From: an uncultured delta proteobacterium
GTDB lineage: Bacteria; Myxococcota_A; Polyangia; Polyangiales; Houyiibacteriaceae
DNA: 64,000 nt
Assembly: GCA_963699755.1 (NCBI GenBank)
Contig: CAVOVB010000002.1
Location: forward strand, 768,001 to 832,000
Reading direction: 5' to 3'
Below, piece after piece: positions 42,878-52,407 of the stretch. A program made the position numbers and the translations under genes. The notes below the pieces were generated by a model. The model saw nothing but the letters and a program-made list of their open reading frames with translations. It did not search any database and was not told the origin of the DNA. Position 1 is the first letter of the stretch. Each line of letters opens with the position of its first letter.

Positions 42878-43582
42878 TTAAGCCCAGCGGGGGAGTCCGT
42901 CGTAGACGACCACTCCGTCGACCAGCTCGATCACACGCTCGCATCGCCGGGCGAGATTCGAATCGTGGGTCACGATCAAGAAGGCCGTCGAGCTCTCTAG
43001 GTTTCGTCGGCGTAGGAGCTCGAAGACTTGGTCGGAGGTCTCGGTGTCGAGGTTTCCGGTCGGCTCGTCGGCCAGCACCAGTGGTGGGTCGTTCATCAGG
43101 GCTCTAGCCACCGCGACGCGCTGCTGCATCCCGCCCGAAAGCTGGCGCGGCCAGGCCTCGGCCCAATCCCCGAGTCCCATCGCATCGAGGAGCCCTCGTG
43201 CCGGTGCCTTCATGCTGGCTTGAAAGCCTCCTCGCGCGGCTGCGCTCGGGAGCATGACATTTTCGATGACACTGAGCCCAGGCAGGAGGTGATGGGATTG
43301 GAAGATGAACCCGAGCTTCTCCCCGCGAAGTGCGGTGAGCGCTCGGTCGTCTAGCTTTTCGACCGCACGGCCTTCAATCGCGATCCGTCCTTTCGTGGGC
43401 CGGTCGAGGAGGCCGATCAGATTGAGCAAGGTGCTCTTGCCGGAGCCCGACGGTCCGACGAGCGCAACGAGCTCGCCGTCGCCGATCGAGAGATCGATGC
43501 CATGGAGAACCTCGGTCGTGACGCCGTCCATGTAGGATTTGCGAACGCCTTCCAAGTGGAGCAATGGGCTCGGGCTGTTCAT
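42878..43582 (-). CDS. ABC transporter ATP-binding protein (LolD/MacB-like)
   Basis: [29 protein letters not shown] and VTHD. Confidence 0.95.
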   Translation of the reverse strand: MNSPSPLLHLEGVRKSYMDGVTTEVLHGIDLSIGDGELVALVGPSGSGKSTLLNLIGLLDRPTKGRIAIEGRAVEKLDDRALTALRGEKLGFIFQSHHLLPGLSVIENVMLPSAAARGGFQASMKAPARGLLDAMGLGDWAEAWPRQLSGGMQQRVAVARALMNDPPLVLADEPTGNLDTETSDQVFELLRRRNLESSTAFLIVTHDSNLARRCERVIELVDGVVVYDGLPRWA

Positions 43583-44772
43583 TCGTCGCCTCGAATGGCG
43601 GCGGCCGGGTCCAGGTTTGCGGCCCTTCGCGCCGGCAGGTAGGCAGCGAAGATGCCGGTGGCGACGGAAACCATCACCGCGGTGAACAGAAGCCGAGGTG
43701 TCACCGTGATGTCGAAGAGCGCGCTCGACTCGATCAGCTCGCCGGCGACCGCGCCGAGCATCGTTCCGAGCAGGGCGCCGGCGAGACCGAAGAGCAGGCC
43801 TTGGCAGAGGAAGACCGCAAGCACGGTGCGGCGCGAGGTACCGACGGCGCGAAGGATTCCGATTTGACCTCTTCGTTGAACGACGGTGACGCTGAGGACG
43901 CTGGCGATGCCCATGGCCACTGCAAGCAAGACGAAGATCCGAATCATGGTCGTCGAGGCGTCCTGCGAGCGAAGGCCGGTAAGCAGGTCCCGGTTGCGTT
44001 CCATCCAGCTTTCCGTTGGAACGCCGAGTCGGGCTTCGAGCTCTGCTGCGATCCGCTCGGCTTCGTAGACCTCGCTCACGCGGGCCTCGATTTCGGTGAT
44101 GTCGCCCACTCGGTTGAGAAGCGTCTGGGCATTACGTAGGGACATCACCAGCCAGCGCCCGTTGACAACCTCGTTGCCAATATCGAAGACACCCACGATT
44201 CGGAGCAGGCTCTCTCGGTCGCCGCTTCGTACGCGTACCGGATCGCCTACGTGCGCGCCGAGCTTCTGCGCAAGGGTCGTGCCGATGACCGCCTCTTCGC
44301 CACCGAGCCGGTAAGTACCTTCGATGAGGTTTGCTCGAAGGTCGACGATTTGACGCAAACGATCAGCATCGGCGCCGACCACCTCGACCGCTTCCTCGGC
44401 CGCACCTCGGTACGCGAGCGCGGAGCCGGTGACCTTTGGGCAGGTCGCGACCACGCCCTCGGTCGCTTCTACGCGCCGCACGGCTCGCTGCCATTGGTCG
44501 AATGGCCTTCGGCGCGGCTCGGAGGGCTCGACCCGTCGCACGAATGCGACGCCGGGCTCGGCCATGAGCGCACGAGGCGACGCTTCCTCTGGCGCAACCG
44601 TGATGTGCGCCTGGCTGCCGAGCGTTTGCGCGAGCAGGTTGACTTGAAGGCCCTCGATGATGGCAGAGACGAAGACGAAGGCGGCGATTCCAATCGTGAC
44701 GCCGGCGAGGATCAAAAGCGATTGTGTCCGGCCTTCGCGCAAAAATCTCCAAGCGAGCTGGAGCGCGAGCAC
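43579..44772 (-). CDS. ABC transporter permease (LolC/E, MacB/FtsX family)
   Basis: 4-TM layout with a large periplasmic domain. QIGILRAVG and PARRAANLDP. Confidence 0.93.
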   Translation of the reverse strand: MLALQLAWRFLREGRTQSLLILAGVTIGIAAFVFVSAIIEGLQVNLLAQTLGSQAHITVAPEEASPRALMAEPGVAFVRRVEPSEPRRRPFDQWQRAVRRVEATEGVVATCPKVTGSALAYRGAAEEAVEVVGADADRLRQIVDLRANLIEGTYRLGGEEAVIGTTLAQKLGAHVGDPVRVRSGDRESLLRIVGVFDIGNEVVNGRWLVMSLRNAQTLLNRVGDITEIEARVSEVYEAERIAAELEARLGVPTESWMERNRDLLTGLRSQDASTTMIRIFVLLAVAMGIASVLSVTVVQRRGQIGILRAVGTSRRTVLAVFLCQGLLFGLAGALLGTMLGAVAGELIESSALFDITVTPRLLFTAVMVSVATGIFAAYLPARRAANLDPAAAIRGDE

Positions 44773-46022
44773 TAGCCTGCCCCTCTTGCTTCCAGCTCGA
44801 GCGCGGGTCGCGTCTTGCGCACACGAACCGGATCGCCCTCCTCGATGGGAAGCCCTGGCGGAAGCACGCGGTCCTCTTCGCTCAGGCCCGACACGATTTC
44901 GACGAGATCATCGCCTTCGAGCCCAAGCTCGATGTCTCGGCGCCGCGCCTCGCCACCTTCGGCAACCATCAGCCATGGGGCTTCGCCGCCGAGGTCTCGG
45001 ACCAGCCAACTCGGGACCAGCAGTGCGTTCTCGGCGCGCCCCACTTCAATTTCAACGGTCACGGTCATGTCGGGCCGCAAGTCCGACTCGTCATCGATGG
45101 TGAGGTCCACTTCGACGGTGCCGCGGATCGGGTCGACCGACGGGGCGATCCGGTCGATCGAGGCGTCGATGCGCTGGTCTGGAAAGGCTTCGGCGGAAAT
45201 CAGCGCGTGTTGACCGAGTCGCAGCAAAGCGAGGTTGGATTCGTCTGGCTGGATGCGGACTTCCAAGGGCCCGTCCCCTGCAAAGGTCACCAGGGCCTCT
45301 CCGGGCTGAACGACTTCGCCGCGCTCGACGTGTCGTTTGAGGACGACTCCGGGCAAGGGAGCGCGGATCCGGGTCTGTTCGACCGCGACCTGTGCAGCCG
45401 TGAGGCGCGCTTGCGCCCGGGCGAGCGCTGCAGCCGCCACGGCCACGTCGCTTCCTTTGGGCGCGGCCGCCGCCACTTCGAGGGAAGCCGAGATTCGCTT
45501 GCTGCGGGTTTGGTCGCGGTCGCGGCGGGCGCGCTCGAGGCTGAGCTCGCTGACGGCGCCGGTTCCGAAGAGCTTGTCCTGCCGGCGATATTCCGTCTCG
45601 GCTTGTGTGGCTTCGATGCTAGCCTGTCGAAGCGCTTCGACGGCCATTGCCCTGCCGAGGCCTTGCACGCGTGCAAGCCGCGCCTCCGCTTCGGTGACCG
45701 AGGCTTCCGCCTCGGCGAGACTGGCAAGCGCATCTTCATCGGCAAGACGCACCAGTAGCGCGTCGGCCTCGACGCGATCGCCGTCGTCGACCAGCAGCTC
45801 CGCGACCGTCCCGGGGATCATGGCGCCGAGCTTGGACTGGCGGCGTTGAACGACCCGACCGGAGGTCACGATGGTCTGCACCATTGGGCGCCGGACCGCG
45901 GTGAGCGCTTCGACGCGCGGACCCTCGGTTTCGCGGAAGAGCCACCAGGCGCTCCCCGCCAGGACAAGCGCAAGCGGCACAATCCAAAAGAGCTGGAGCC
46001 TGCGGCCCGTCACTGGCTCCAT
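44772..46022 (-). CDS. Efflux periplasmic adaptor (MacA/HlyD family)
   Basis: N-terminal TM, lipoyl-like VDDGDRV and IRAPLPGVV, long hairpin and LRPDMTV. Confidence 0.93.
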   Translation of the reverse strand: MEPVTGRRLQLFWIVPLALVLAGSAWWLFRETEGPRVEALTAVRRPMVQTIVTSGRVVQRRQSKLGAMIPGTVAELLVDDGDRVEADALLVRLADEDALASLAEAEASVTEAEARLARVQGLGRAMAVEALRQASIEATQAETEYRRQDKLFGTGAVSELSLERARRDRDQTRSKRISASLEVAAAAPKGSDVAVAAAALARAQARLTAAQVAVEQTRIRAPLPGVVLKRHVERGEVVQPGEALVTFAGDGPLEVRIQPDESNLALLRLGQHALISAEAFPDQRIDASIDRIAPSVDPIRGTVEVDLTIDDESDLRPDMTVTVEIEVGRAENALLVPSWLVRDLGGEAPWLMVAEGGEARRRDIELGLEGDDLVEIVSGLSEEDRVLPPGLPIEEGDPVRVRKTRPALELEARGAG

Positions 46023-46070
46023 CTATCGCAAACTCGTCGCCTTGTCAGGTGATGTGGTGCTCGTAGTCGG

Positions 46071-48047
46071 CTACTTGCCCCGCCCGCTGCGGGTCGGCCC
46101 TGCCCGGCGGCCTCCGCGACCGTACGGCGGATTGTGGCTGCGCTCACGTCGACGCTTTTCGTGGATGGAGAGGGCGCCCTTCCCGGATGCCGGCGGAATG
46201 AGGTGCCGGTCGGTGCTGCCGATCAGGTCGCCGCGTTTGGCTTTGATGAGTGCTTCGCGGGCCAGGTCGTGTTGGGCGAGGTCCCAGTATTGAAGGAGCG
46301 CTTTTTGCATCCGCTTTTCGCGTAGGCTCTTGGCGACGTAGACCGGCTCTTGGGTGAATGGGTCGAGGCCGGTGGCGTACATGCTGGTGGCCATGCTCAT
46401 GGGCGTTGGGATGAAGTCCTGCACCTGGCGGGGGCGCAGGCCGCGTTTCTTCAAGTAGAGGGCGAGCTCGATCATCGAGTGCGTCGTCGAGCCTGGGTGC
46501 CCGCTGATGTAATAGGGGACGAGGTGTTGGTCCTTGCCGGTCTTCTGGCTGGCGCAGTCGAACATTTCGGCGAAGCGCTCGTAGCTTTCGGCGCCGGGCT
46601 TTTTCATTTTGTCGAGGACGTCTTCGTCGACGTGCTCGGGGGCGACCGAGAGCTGGCCACCGGTGTGGTGCTCGGCGAGAACCTCGACGAACTCGGGGCT
46701 CAGCTCAGCCAAGTCGTAACGGACGCCCGAAGCGATGAAGGCCTTCTTGATTCCCTTTTCTTTTCGAACTCTGGCGAGCAGCTGCACCAAGGGCCCGTGG
46801 TCGGTGACGAGGTTTTCGCAAACGCCTGGATGCACACAGCTGAGGCGGCGGCAGGCCTTTTCGATGCGCTCGTCTTTGCACTTCATCTGGTACATGTTCG
46901 CGGTCGGGCCACCGACATCGCTGATGACGCCCGCAAAGCCCTCCATGCGGCGGAGCGCGCGCACTTCGCGCAGGACGCTCTCTTCGCTGCGGGACTGAAT
47001 CACCCTCCCCTCGTGCTCGGTGATCGAACAGAAGCTGCAGCCGCCGAAGCAGCCGCGCATGGTGACGATGCTGTGCTTGACCGTTTCGTACGCGGGGATG
47101 GCTTCTTCGTAGGACGGGTGCGGGTAGCGTGTGAAGGGCAAGTCGTAGAGCCCGTCCATGATTTCGGTGCTGAGCGGTTCGGCGGGAGGGTTGAGGTAGA
47201 TGGCCTCGTGACCATGCGGCTGGATGAGCGGGCGGCCGTTGCCCGGGTTGGTTTCTTTTTGAAACGCGCCGCTCATTTCGCTGAAGCGTTCTTTGCTCTC
47301 CTTGATTTCCTCGTAGCTCGGCAAGAACACCGGCATGCCGTCGCGAATGAAACGGCTGGGCTCGATGTCTTCCCACTGGCCTTTGCGCAGAACGTGAGCC
47401 GTGCCGCGGACCTTGCGGAGCCCGTCCAGGGCCTCGCCGGCCGCAAGCCGATCGGCGACCTCCCAGACGGGGCGCTCGCCCATACCGAAGATCAGCATGT
47501 CGGCTTTCGAATCGAGCAAGACGCTGCGGCGGATCGAATCGCTCCAGTAGTCGTAGTGGGCGATGCGGCGGAGGGAAGCCTCGATGCCACCGAGGATGAT
47601 CGGGACGCCTGGGAAGGCCTGCCTGCAGAGGTTGCCGTAGACGATGCTCGCGCGATTGGGGCGCATGTTGGTGCGGCCGCCCGGGGAGTATTGATCTTCG
47701 GAGCGCACCTTCTTTTGGGCGGTCAGCTTGTTGAGCATGCTGTCCAAGTTGCCGCTGGTGATGCCGACGAAGAGCCGGGGCGGCCCCATGCGAAGGACGT
47801 CGGCGGTGTCGTGCCACTTGGGCTGGGCGATCATGCCGACACGGTAGCCACGACCTTCGAGGAAGCGGCCGATGAGGGCGCCACCGAAGGCCGGGTGATC
47901 GACGTAGGCATCGCCATTGACGATGAGGATGTCGAGCTCATCCCAGCCGCGCGCGTTCATTTCTTCGCGTGTGGTGGGCAGGTAGGCGCTCCGGTCCGGC
48001 CGGCTCGAACCCCGCTTGCCTTTTCGCGTGAGGGAGACGAGGGCCAT
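46071..48047 (-). CDS. ygiQ: YgiQ/UPF0313 radical SAM protein
   Basis: GDAYVDHPAFG, GGIEASLRR, RGCFGGCSFCSITEH, DVGGPTANMY, APEH and QVQDFIPTP. Confidence 0.95.
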   Translation of the reverse strand: MALVSLTRKGKRGSSRPDRSAYLPTTREEMNARGWDELDILIVNGDAYVDHPAFGGALIGRFLEGRGYRVGMIAQPKWHDTADVLRMGPPRLFVGITSGNLDSMLNKLTAQKKVRSEDQYSPGGRTNMRPNRASIVYGNLCRQAFPGVPIILGGIEASLRRIAHYDYWSDSIRRSVLLDSKADMLIFGMGERPVWEVADRLAAGEALDGLRKVRGTAHVLRKGQWEDIEPSRFIRDGMPVFLPSYEEIKESKERFSEMSGAFQKETNPGNGRPLIQPHGHEAIYLNPPAEPLSTEIMDGLYDLPFTRYPHPSYEEAIPAYETVKHSIVTMRGCFGGCSFCSITEHEGRVIQSRSEESVLREVRALRRMEGFAGVISDVGGPTANMYQMKCKDERIEKACRRLSCVHPGVCENLVTDHGPLVQLLARVRKEKGIKKAFIASGVRYDLAELSPEFVEVLAEHHTGGQLSVAPEHVDEDVLDKMKKPGAESYERFAEMFDCASQKTGKDQHLVPYYISGHPGSTTHSMIELALYLKKRGLRPRQVQDFIPTPMSMATSMYATGLDPFTQEPVYVAKSLREKRMQKALLQYWDLAQHDLAREALIKAKRGDLIGSTDRHLIPPASGKGALSIHEKRRRERSHNPPYGRGGRRAGPTRSGRGK

Positions 48048-48090
48048 GGCGCACCTTGCCTACCGACGGCCGGACGCGCAAACGTACGCC

Positions 48091-49389
48091 ATGAAGGACC
48101 CGGAAGAACCTCGCCCCCAGGCCGGAGACCGGGTAACCCTCGAGGTCGAATCGCTCCTGCCGTCGGGCGAAGGGGTCTGTGGACGGACGCGTATCGCGGG
48201 GGCATTTCCGGGGGAACGGGTCGTCGCGCGGGTCGATCACGTCGGCAAGCACGCGACCTTTGCGACGACCTTGGAAGTCAAACGCGGCCGAGTGGGACGG
48301 CGGCTGCCTCCATGCCCTCGTCATGTCGATGCCAAGGACGGGCGCTGCACCGGCTGTGCCTTGATGGCGCTCGAGGAGGTCGATCAGCGGGCGCTTCTTC
48401 GGGAGATGCTGCTTGCACAATACAGGCTCGAGGTTGGTGAGCTGGCCGCGGCGCCAAAGTCGCTCGGCTATCGCTGGAGCGCCAAGCGGATCGCGTTCGG
48501 CGGGCCGGGGAACTTGCGCCTCGGAAGCTTCATGCGGGGCACCAACCGGCCGGCGGACATGGAGGGCTGCCTGGTCGACCATCCGTTGATCGCAGCGGCA
48601 GCGGATGAGCTCGCAGAAGCCGCCCGTGATCTGGGCATCGCGGCGCACGATGAGGAACGGAAGCGACTTGGGCTTCGCGCCGTCTGGTTGCGGACCAATG
48701 CAAGAGAGGTGCTGGCGACGCTGGTCACGAGCGAAGCGAACGAGGACGAGCTCCGGCGGCTGAGCCCTCGGCTCACGCTCTGTGACGGCTTGACGGTGTG
48801 CTTTCATCGTGAGGGTGGCAACGCGCTTCGGGGCGCGGACGCGATGCTGATCCGGGGTCTGGAGGCACTCGATGTGCACGGCACGCAGATCGGTCCGCTC
48901 GGCTTCTTGCAGCCGAATCCAGAGGTCGCGGAGCAGATGTACGATGAGCTCGTCGATGGGATCGAGGGCGGCCGCGTCTTGGACCTCTATGCCGGCTCGG
49001 GCGCGACGACGCGTCGGCTCGGGGCGCTTGCCGGTGAGGTCTTGCCTTGCGAATCTCATCCGGAGGCTGCGCGCAGCCTCGGCGTCGAAGCGGAAACCGC
49101 CGAAGCCTTTCTTGCGCGGCAGACCGATGCACCGGATGCGGTGGTCGCGAACCCTCCTCGAAAGGGACTTGGGACTCTGGTGACCCGCGAGCTGCTTCGG
49201 CTTCTTCCCGCGCGGATTCAGGTGATGGCATGCGGGCCCGCGGGGCTGGCGCAGGACATCGCGGCGCTCGCCGGGGGCTACCGCTTGGAGAGCCTGCGCG
49301 CGTACGACAGCTTGCCGCAGACGCCGCATGTCGAGCTCATCGCCAAGCTGGTCCGGATCAGGAAGATGGATTGCTGCGTCACATTGTGA
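48091..49389 (+). CDS. TrmA/RlmD-family RNA (uracil-5)-methyltransferase
   Basis: TRAM-like N-terminus, Cys cluster CPRH..CTGC..GCLV, FLQPN, LDLYAGSG, NPPRKG, MACGP and PQTPHVE. Confidence 0.85.
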   Translation: MKDPEEPRPQAGDRVTLEVESLLPSGEGVCGRTRIAGAFPGERVVARVDHVGKHATFATTLEVKRGRVGRRLPPCPRHVDAKDGRCTGCALMALEEVDQRALLREMLLAQYRLEVGELAAAPKSLGYRWSAKRIAFGGPGNLRLGSFMRGTNRPADMEGCLVDHPLIAAAADELAEAARDLGIAAHDEERKRLGLRAVWLRTNAREVLATLVTSEANEDELRRLSPRLTLCDGLTVCFHREGGNALRGADAMLIRGLEALDVHGTQIGPLGFLQPNPEVAEQMYDELVDGIEGGRVLDLYAGSGATTRRLGALAGEVLPCESHPEAARSLGVEAETAEAFLARQTDAPDAVVANPPRKGLGTLVTRELLRLLPARIQVMACGPAGLAQDIAALAGGYRLESLRAYDSLPQTPHVELIAKLVRIRKMDCCVTL

Positions 49390-49415
49390 TACATCGCGTT
49401 TATGGATGTATCACA
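49385..49415. promoter_or_regulatory. 11-bp perfect inverted repeat, candidate operator
   Basis: TGTGATACATC-N9-GATGTATCACA in an AT-rich gene junction. Confidence 0.65.
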
Positions 49416-50979
49416 CCGGCCTTTCGTTCAGCGAAAAACCCAAGGAAATCAAACACCTGATTGGGGCTCCTCTCTTCGGCATTGGCTGGCCGCGATCGAC
49501 GCCGTGTTGCGGGCCGTCGAGGAGACGGTCTGGCGGGTGCGGCGCGAAGCCCTGGACGCGTATGGGGCAGGCCGCAAGGAGTGCTCGGATTGGGCCGGCG
49601 GGTTTCGGGATGCGCAGGGGGCGTTCCAGAGTTGGCAACAGCAGACGGCGCGCCTCGTCGGTATCAGCTGGGTGCTGACAAAGATCGCCGCGGCGTACCG
49701 ATTGCATCTGACGCGGGCCGCATTCGTGAGCCGACGGCGTGCCGCCTCGATGCTCGAGCGGCTGCATTCGAAGAACGCGGAGCGCTTCACCGAAGTCTGC
49801 ATCTCGCACGGCGGGGGCGTTCTCAAAGTAGGCCAGTTGTTGTCCTCGCGTCCCGACCTGATGCCGCGCGTTTGGATCGACGCACTGTCGGTCCTTCAAG
49901 ACAGCGTCCCCGCGGAAGACGAAGCGCGCATGGTCGCGATGCTCGAGGAGGAGATCGGGGGATCGCTCGAAGACGTATTCCTCGATTTCGAGAAGACGCC
50001 GATCGCTTCAGCGAGCATCGGGCAAGTGCACCGTGCGGTGCTCAAGGACGACACGCGGGTCGCGGTCAAGCTACAGAGGCCGTCGATCGATGCGGTCATC
50101 GACCTCGATATGCGGATATTGGCTTCCTTCCTGGACGCGATGAAAGCCTCGTTGCCGCCTGCAGACTACGCAACCATCGTCCGCGAAGTGCGTGCGACGA
50201 TCAGCGCAGAGGTCGATTACGACGCCGAGCGCGCACACACCGCTGCGGTTGGCGACTACCTCGCTACGTTAGAAGGGGTTCGCGCGCCGAGGCCAGTTGG
50301 CGCCCATCAGAGCAGGCAGGTTCTCGTGACCGAATTCATTGCCGGCGAGAAAGTCACCTCCGTCCTCGACCGGCTGGCCGAAGCCCGGGAGGCGGGCGAC
50401 GAAAGCGCCGACAACGAGATCTCACGCTTGGTGAACAAGCTGATTGAAGCGTACGCGCGCCAAATCTTGGACTTCGGGCGATTCCAGGCCGATCCGCACC
50501 CGGGCAATCTCTTGGTCGAGCCTGACGGCGGCTTAGTGATTCTCGATTTCGGATGCACCAAGATCCTCGCACCCGAGGCGCGTCGTGCCTACGCGCGACT
50601 GCTCCAGGCCTTCTTCGTGCAAGACACGCGACGTGTGACACAGATGCTTGAGGAGCTCGGGTTCCGGACGCAAAGCGGGCGCCCGGACACCTTGCTCTGG
50701 TTCGCCGACTTGATGCTCGACGAGTTGCGCTCGGAGGGGAGTGCCCTTCGCCAAGGGGTTTCGAGCGCGGAGATGATCGATGAATGGATCCGGCTTCTGC
50801 GTGCGGTCGAACAAGATCCGGTCGTGCGCGTTCCGGATCATTTCGTGATGATCGGCCGCGTCGTCGCCACGCTTGGCGGACTCATCATGCACTACCGACC
50901 GACCCTTGATATTCAGCGTATCATGCTGCCAGCTCTGATGTCGGCCCTCTCGGGGAGCGAGCCGGGGTTGAGCAGATAG
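49402..50979 (+). CDS. AarF/UbiB (ABC1) atypical kinase (start uncertain)
   Basis: LKVGQ, ASASIGQVH, VAVKLQRP, ADPHPGN and LDFG. Confidence 0.92.
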   Translation: MDVSHRPFVQRKTQGNQTPDWGSSLRHWLAAIDAVLRAVEETVWRVRREALDAYGAGRKECSDWAGGFRDAQGAFQSWQQQTARLVGISWVLTKIAAAYRLHLTRAAFVSRRRAASMLERLHSKNAERFTEVCISHGGGVLKVGQLLSSRPDLMPRVWIDALSVLQDSVPAEDEARMVAMLEEEIGGSLEDVFLDFEKTPIASASIGQVHRAVLKDDTRVAVKLQRPSIDAVIDLDMRILASFLDAMKASLPPADYATIVREVRATISAEVDYDAERAHTAAVGDYLATLEGVRAPRPVGAHQSRQVLVTEFIAGEKVTSVLDRLAEAREAGDESADNEISRLVNKLIEAYARQILDFGRFQADPHPGNLLVEPDGGLVILDFGCTKILAPEARRAYARLLQAFFVQDTRRVTQMLEELGFRTQSGRPDTLLWFADLMLDELRSEGSALRQGVSSAEMIDEWIRLLRAVEQDPVVRVPDHFVMIGRVVATLGGLIMHYRPTLDIQRIMLPALMSALSGSEPGLSR

Positions 50980-51005
50980 CTCGACCGTGGCAGGAGAGCG
51001 ATGCG

Positions 51006-51917
51006 ATGGAGCAGAAGGAGCTCACGATCCATGGGAAGCGCCTGACCTATCGACTGGCTGGCAAAGGCCCGCTGGTGCTTCTGATTCACGGTATGGCCGG
51101 CAGCGCCACGACTTGGAAGCAGGTCATGCCGGCGCTGAGCGAGCGTTTCACCGTGCTGGCCCCGGATCTCTTTGGGCACGGCCAGTCCGACAAGACGAAG
51201 GGCGACTACTCGCTTGGGGCCATGGCCTCTGTGTTGCGCGATCTGGTCGTGGCGTTGGGATACAAGCGCGCCACGGTGGTTGGGCAGTCCTACGGGGGTG
51301 GGATCGCGATGCAGTTTGCATATCAATACCCCGAACGCTGCGAGCGGTTGGTGCTCGTCGATGCGGGCGGGCTTGGCAGCGAAGTCAATCCGCTCCTCCG
51401 GATGCTGACGCTTCCGGGCTCAGAAGCGGTATTGCTCGTGGCCTGCGCGCCACCGGTGCGGCGCGTCGTCGAAGCGATCGGCCGGATCGCGCTCCGGAAG
51501 AAGCTCGAGGGTGCGACGGTGATTCCCGAGCTCTGGCGAAGCTATTCGTCCCTCGGGGACGTCGATGCGCGTCGCGCGTTCCTTCGCACGCTGCGCGCAG
51601 TCATCGACCCGCGCGGTCAATCGGTGAGCGCGAACGACAAGCTCTACCTCGCCGCGGGGATGCCCACGCTCATCATCTGGGGTGAGGAGGATCGCGTCAT
51701 TCCCGTCGAGCATGCCTACCGAGCCCACACGGCCATCGCGGGGAGCTGGCTCGAAATCATCGAAGGCGTGGGACACTATCCACACTGCGAAGCGCCGGAG
51801 CGTTTCGTCACCGCGCTTACGGAATTCATCGAGTCGACTCGGCCCGCCCGAATCAAGGTGTCACGGAGACGAATCCTTCGGCCGCCCTCTGCCTCCGGGG
51901 GCGATTCCAGTAGGTGA
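51006..51917 (+). CDS. Alpha/beta fold hydrolase
   Basis: LIHG, PDLFGHGQS, GQSYGG, IWGEED and GHYPH. Confidence 0.92.
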   Translation: MEQKELTIHGKRLTYRLAGKGPLVLLIHGMAGSATTWKQVMPALSERFTVLAPDLFGHGQSDKTKGDYSLGAMASVLRDLVVALGYKRATVVGQSYGGGIAMQFAYQYPERCERLVLVDAGGLGSEVNPLLRMLTLPGSEAVLLVACAPPVRRVVEAIGRIALRKKLEGATVIPELWRSYSSLGDVDARRAFLRTLRAVIDPRGQSVSANDKLYLAAGMPTLIIWGEEDRVIPVEHAYRAHTAIAGSWLEIIEGVGHYPHCEAPERFVTALTEFIESTRPARIKVSRRRILRPPSASGGDSSR

Positions 51918-51982
51918 TGGGTCACGCTTGGTTGAATCTCGTTTTGGCTGGTCGTAGGCTGGCAGTCTGGCCGGGTACTCTC

Positions 51983-52312
51983 ATGTCTGACGACTGTGCG
52001 CTCAAGGCGACCATGCATGCGACCCCCGCGGAGGCGCTTGCGGCGTTGGAGCGAGCGTTTGCGAGGTCCCATGTGTTCTTGACCGAGGCGCATCAGCTCG
52101 GAGGGCTGGCTTTGGTGCTGCACTGGGACATGGAGGGGGACCATCGGCAGCTTCTGGTCGACGCGTTGCTCGAAGAATCGGTGGCGCTCGATGAGAGCGC
52201 GTTCGAGTCGCTGCAAGGGCCTTGGGACGGGGTGCTAACCGGCTCGCTTCACGTGACGCTCGAACACGGGGGGCGGGATAGCAAGGTCGATGTGCCGGCG
52301 GTGCCGGGCTGA
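51983..52312 (+). CDS. Hypothetical protein (start uncertain)
   Basis: Fills the gap between two same-strand genes with plausible composition. No family recognised. Confidence 0.5.
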   Translation: MSDDCALKATMHATPAEALAALERAFARSHVFLTEAHQLGGLALVLHWDMEGDHRQLLVDALLEESVALDESAFESLQGPWDGVLTGSLHVTLEHGGRDSKVDVPAVPG

Positions 52313-52407
52313 GGTCGTTGATGGCTTCGCGATCTTGGTCGGCTCGGGTCGGTGGGCTCTTTTCGATTTCGCGCCGTTTGGTACAGCTCATGGTAGGAGG
52401 TCAGGAT

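Noticed and set aside
49385..49415. CRP/FNR site
   Set aside because: TGTGA and TCACA are 21 bp apart, not 6.
52290..52320. CRRC as a remnant zf-HC2 anti-sigma finger of the downstream gene
   Set aside because: No upstream His of the HxxxCxxC motif, a different frame, and it overlaps another ORF.
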